Of a stretch of 64,000 nucleotides of DNA, positions 61,284 to 64,000 are shown in pieces (the stretch's first letter is position 1; each line of letters opens with the position of its first letter). The position numbers and the translations under genes were made by a program. A model generated the notes under the pieces. That model worked only from the letters and a program-made list of their open reading frames with translations. It made no database searches and was not told the DNA's origin. The DNA lies in the NCBI GenBank assembly GCA_963666055.2, contig CAXWPH010000014.1, positions 32,001 through 96,000 of the forward strand, given 5' to 3'. This stretch comes from Acidobacteriota bacterium. GTDB lineage: Bacteria > Acidobacteriota > UBA890 > WLXD01.

Positions 61284-63121
61284 CGACTCCGTACCCGCAC
61301 TTCGATCTTCTGGGAGCCGCTGACCACGTAGTCAACCGGCTGCACAGTCTCCAGAATCAGTGCACGATCGAGCTGCAGCACGTCGCCTCTTGCCCGCTCG
61401 GAGCTCAACACTTGTAGGACCGAGGGAGGTAACGCGGGCAGCGTCTCTGCGTTCAGCAGCACTCCCGCGACGGCGCGCGTCGCCTGCATGTACAGCCGAT
61501 CATTGCGGCGGAGATTGTTCAACACCCGGATCATTTGAGCGAGATTCCGCGGCCGGTTGGCTCCCTGAATCGCGGTGGCCTCCTGCTGCTCGATCGACGC
61601 CGCATCGCCAACCACAAGCGTCACCGGGCCAGGCGGCGTGCCCGGCGGCACGGTGAACTTCAGTTGCTCGAGAACCTCCGGCCCGCGAAATGGCTTCAGC
61701 GCCACCGTCAACGTCACCGTCTCGCCCGGTCTGACGCTCGCCCGGTCGTACCAAACGCGGCTGATCGTCGCGCTTCTGCGATCGTGCCGCAGCTTGATGG
61801 ACAGCTCGATCCCCCGCACATCGATGGGCTCGAACGCGTTGTCGTAAAGCGCCCCGAAGACACCGGCCAGGGTGGACGACAGCGATAGGATCGCCTGGTT
61901 GGGAGAGGAGAACAGGTTGTCGAAACGCACCGGATCGAGCTCGTCGCCAAGATCGATCTGTGCGTCGACCTCAATGGAGCCCTCACCGAAGGCACGGTCG
62001 AGGCTCTGTATACCGCTTACCAGGCCAAAGAACAGATACAGCGGCGTGATGAGCCGGTCGGCGACGATCTCGAAATCGAGGTGCTCCGTTCTTCCCGCCG
62101 CTTCGATCCGCGTGTGCACCGGGACCATCCGCGGCTGTTCGCCGATGATCCCCAGGATCGCCGCTTGCCGGTCCTGCCGAATGGCTCCTACCACCTGATC
62201 TCCGGCAACCGCCAGCTTAGAGGAAGCCTGCGAGCTGCTGAGCACGGTAATGACCTGCGCCGGGACCATCGGGAAGTCGACGTTGCCCCCGTGCAAGAAC
62301 GGGTGTCCGAAAGCGAGGAGCCGATTTCCATCGCGATACGTGACCGTACCGGAAGCGGTGATGTTGATGTCGCCTCGGACGAGTTGAACGGCAACCATGC
62401 CGCCCGGCTCGAGATTGGCTTCGATCTCCATCGAACCGGCGGTTCCGCCAAGCGTGGGCGTCCACCCGAGCACATCAAACAGTGGAGCGAGGCGCCCGAC
62501 GAGCGCCGGCGCCAATCCCGCAAAGGCGATCGGTGTCGAGATCGGCCGTATTCCTTGCATCGCCCCCTGCAGCGGCAGCAGCGCCTCCGCACCACCCGTG
62601 CCGGTCAGCAGATTGGCCGCAGCCTGCAGGACGAGCTCAGGCGAGACATCCACTGCCACTGACGTCCCCGAGCCGGCGGATTCGAGTGCCGACACCTGCA
62701 ACATGTCCTCGATGGATACGATCCCGGCGACCGCCTCGTGCCCGAAGTTCACCAAGCGATAGGCCACGGCGCCCACTAGGCGGCCGTCGATGTACACCGG
62801 ACTGCCGCTCATCCCAGCCAGCACCCCAGCGCGCTCGAGACCCAACCCGGTGAGCCGCGCGACGATCAGATCATGCCTCGGGAACACGTTGTGCAGCACA
62901 CCGAGCACCTCGGCGCTGAAGCTCTCGGGCTCCGTACCACGCACGACCGTATACCCGGTGCCCACCATGCCGACGCGGACCTCCGAGAAGCTCATCAGCT
63001 CGGGTGTCGACGCCGCGCTTGCCTGCACTCGTGGCGCCGAGCCCAGCGCCGGGCCGCCGGCAACGACAGCAAGCGCAAGGGCCCCAAGACATGGTCTGAG
63101 AAGATTGGCAGATCGGCTCAT
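61280..63121 (-). CDS. SpoIVB peptidase S55 domain-containing secreted protein
   Basis: Signal peptide; GMVGTGYTV, AGMSGSPVYIDGRLVGAV, GTVTY, LLAFGHPF and QDRQAAI motifs. Confidence 0.88.
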   Translation of the reverse strand: MSRSANLLRPCLGALALAVVAGGPALGSAPRVQASAASTPELMSFSEVRVGMVGTGYTVVRGTEPESFSAEVLGVLHNVFPRHDLIVARLTGLGLERAGVLAGMSGSPVYIDGRLVGAVAYRLVNFGHEAVAGIVSIEDMLQVSALESAGSGTSVAVDVSPELVLQAAANLLTGTGGAEALLPLQGAMQGIRPISTPIAFAGLAPALVGRLAPLFDVLGWTPTLGGTAGSMEIEANLEPGGMVAVQLVRGDINITASGTVTYRDGNRLLAFGHPFLHGGNVDFPMVPAQVITVLSSSQASSKLAVAGDQVVGAIRQDRQAAILGIIGEQPRMVPVHTRIEAAGRTEHLDFEIVADRLITPLYLFFGLVSGIQSLDRAFGEGSIEVDAQIDLGDELDPVRFDNLFSSPNQAILSLSSTLAGVFGALYDNAFEPIDVRGIELSIKLRHDRRSATISRVWYDRASVRPGETVTLTVALKPFRGPEVLEQLKFTVPPGTPPGPVTLVVGDAASIEQQEATAIQGANRPRNLAQMIRVLNNLRRNDRLYMQATRAVAGVLLNAETLPALPPSVLQVLSSERARGDVLQLDRALILETVQPVDYVVSGSQKIEVRVRSR

Positions 63122-63261
63122 GGTGCTCGAAAAAAGGGACCGCGGGGGTGGTTTCATGCTAGCAGGGGCCGCTCGCGGCGCACAACGCAACCGGATCGCG
63201 TCGGCTTCCAACCGAGAGCGCCGGTCGGCCTGCTATCGGGCCCGGGAAGGGCCATGGGGCC

Positions 63262-64000
63262 CTACATACGCTCCGGAAGCGGGATGCCGAGCAGGTCGAG
63301 AACTGCGGATAGTCGCTTCTGGAAGGCATAGGCCACCAGAAGGCGGAGCGCGCGGTCGTCCTCGTCGTCCGCCTGCAGGATCGGGTAACCGTGGTAAAAG
63401 CGGCTGAAGTGCTGCGCCAAGGTAAAGGCGTAGCGCGCCAGGCTCGAGATCTCCAGCGAGCTGGCTGTCTGGCTCAGCACCTCCCTATAGCCGCCCAGGG
63501 CAAGCACCAGGCTCCAGAGCTGCCCGTCGTCCTCCTGCAGGCGTGCCCCGATAGCGGCGCGATCGATAGCCAGCGCGCTGTCTTCGCCCCTCAACGCTGC
63601 TTCGAGAGCCTCGGACGCGTCCGCACCCAGTCGCTCCGATAGCTTGTCGAAGATTCGCGCCGCGCGCACCGCCGCATACTGGATATACGGCCCGGTCTCG
63701 CCCTCGAAGTTGAGTGCCTCGTTGAGGTCGAAGACGATGACCGTGTTCCGCGCGTATCGGAGCAGAAAGTAGCGGGCCGCCCCGACCGCGATCTGGGCGC
63801 CAATCGCCGCCTGCGCATCCGGCGCGAGGTGCTCGTTGCGACTAGCCACCTCGGCAGTAGCGCGGCGAACCAGCTCATCGAGTAGATCGTCCGCCTTGAC
63901 CCCATGTCCGCGCCGACCGGACATCTCGATGAACTGCCGATCTTCGGCGCCCGTCCCAGGTTCGGCCGCCGCGATCGGAATACCGAGCGCTTTTGCCGTT
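63262..64000 (-). CDS. argS: Arginine-tRNA ligase, C-terminal part (5' end outside the window)
   Basis: MSGRRG (KMSKS-equivalent), ARYFLL, FEGETGPYIQYA, FSRFYH and LLGIPLPERM terminus. Confidence 0.95.
   Translation of the reverse strand, partial: TAKALGIPIAAAEPGTGAEDRQFIEMSGRRGHGVKADDLLDELVRRATAEVASRNEHLAPDAQAAIGAQIAVGAARYFLLRYARNTVIVFDLNEALNFEGETGPYIQYAAVRAARIFDKLSERLGADASEALEAALRGEDSALAIDRAAIGARLQEDDGQLWSLVLALGGYREVLSQTASSLEISSLARYAFTLAQHFSRFYHGYPILQADDEDDRALRLLVAYAFQKRLSAVLDLLGIPLPERM

Overview
High-GC bacterial chromosome segment, most likely Acidobacteriota. This is inferred from Ser/Thr kinase-TolB/PD40 gene remnants, a DUF6677-type membrane gene, the HU sequence style and the S55-peptidase/beta-propeller pair. 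From left to right: (1) the 5' part of a tad/Flp pilus operon on the minus strand, whose prepilin peptidase gene carries two apparent 1-nt frameshifts; (2) gene debris at the 3' end of tRNA-Pro(GGG), then merR-like, ihfA-like, der, hup and a site-2 protease; (3) a decayed accessory patch (~9.3-15.55 kb) with an esterase followed by a solitary integron attC site, a bS21 pseudogene, broken kinase-TolB genes, orphan ORFs and att-arm-like repeats; (4) housekeeping backbone: hbd/thiolase, vanZ, TPR-SLH lipoprotein, miaA, exbD/exbB/tonB, lipoate ligase, ald, bactofilin, tRNA-Gly(CCC), gcdH, iscS-mnmA, two divergent pyr operons with a PyrR attenuator, mutL-recO-mgtE-era-hlyC-ybeY-7TM-HD-phoH-aspS-hisS-birA-valS and rsmA-uppP-ftsK; (5) an operon of a SpoIVB/S55-type peptidase, a large secreted beta-propeller and an RsbW-like protein, then partial argS. 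The most notable non-obvious signals are two families of structured MITE-like elements with different terminal repeats that share an internal hairpin module (one family sits on TAG stop codons), the permuted S55 protease operon, the lone attC cassette, and a recurrent TGCTAnnnT promoter motif with probable leaderless genes. No CRISPR array, rRNA, integrase or intact transposase was seen. All calls come from reading the sequence by eye; no searches were run.
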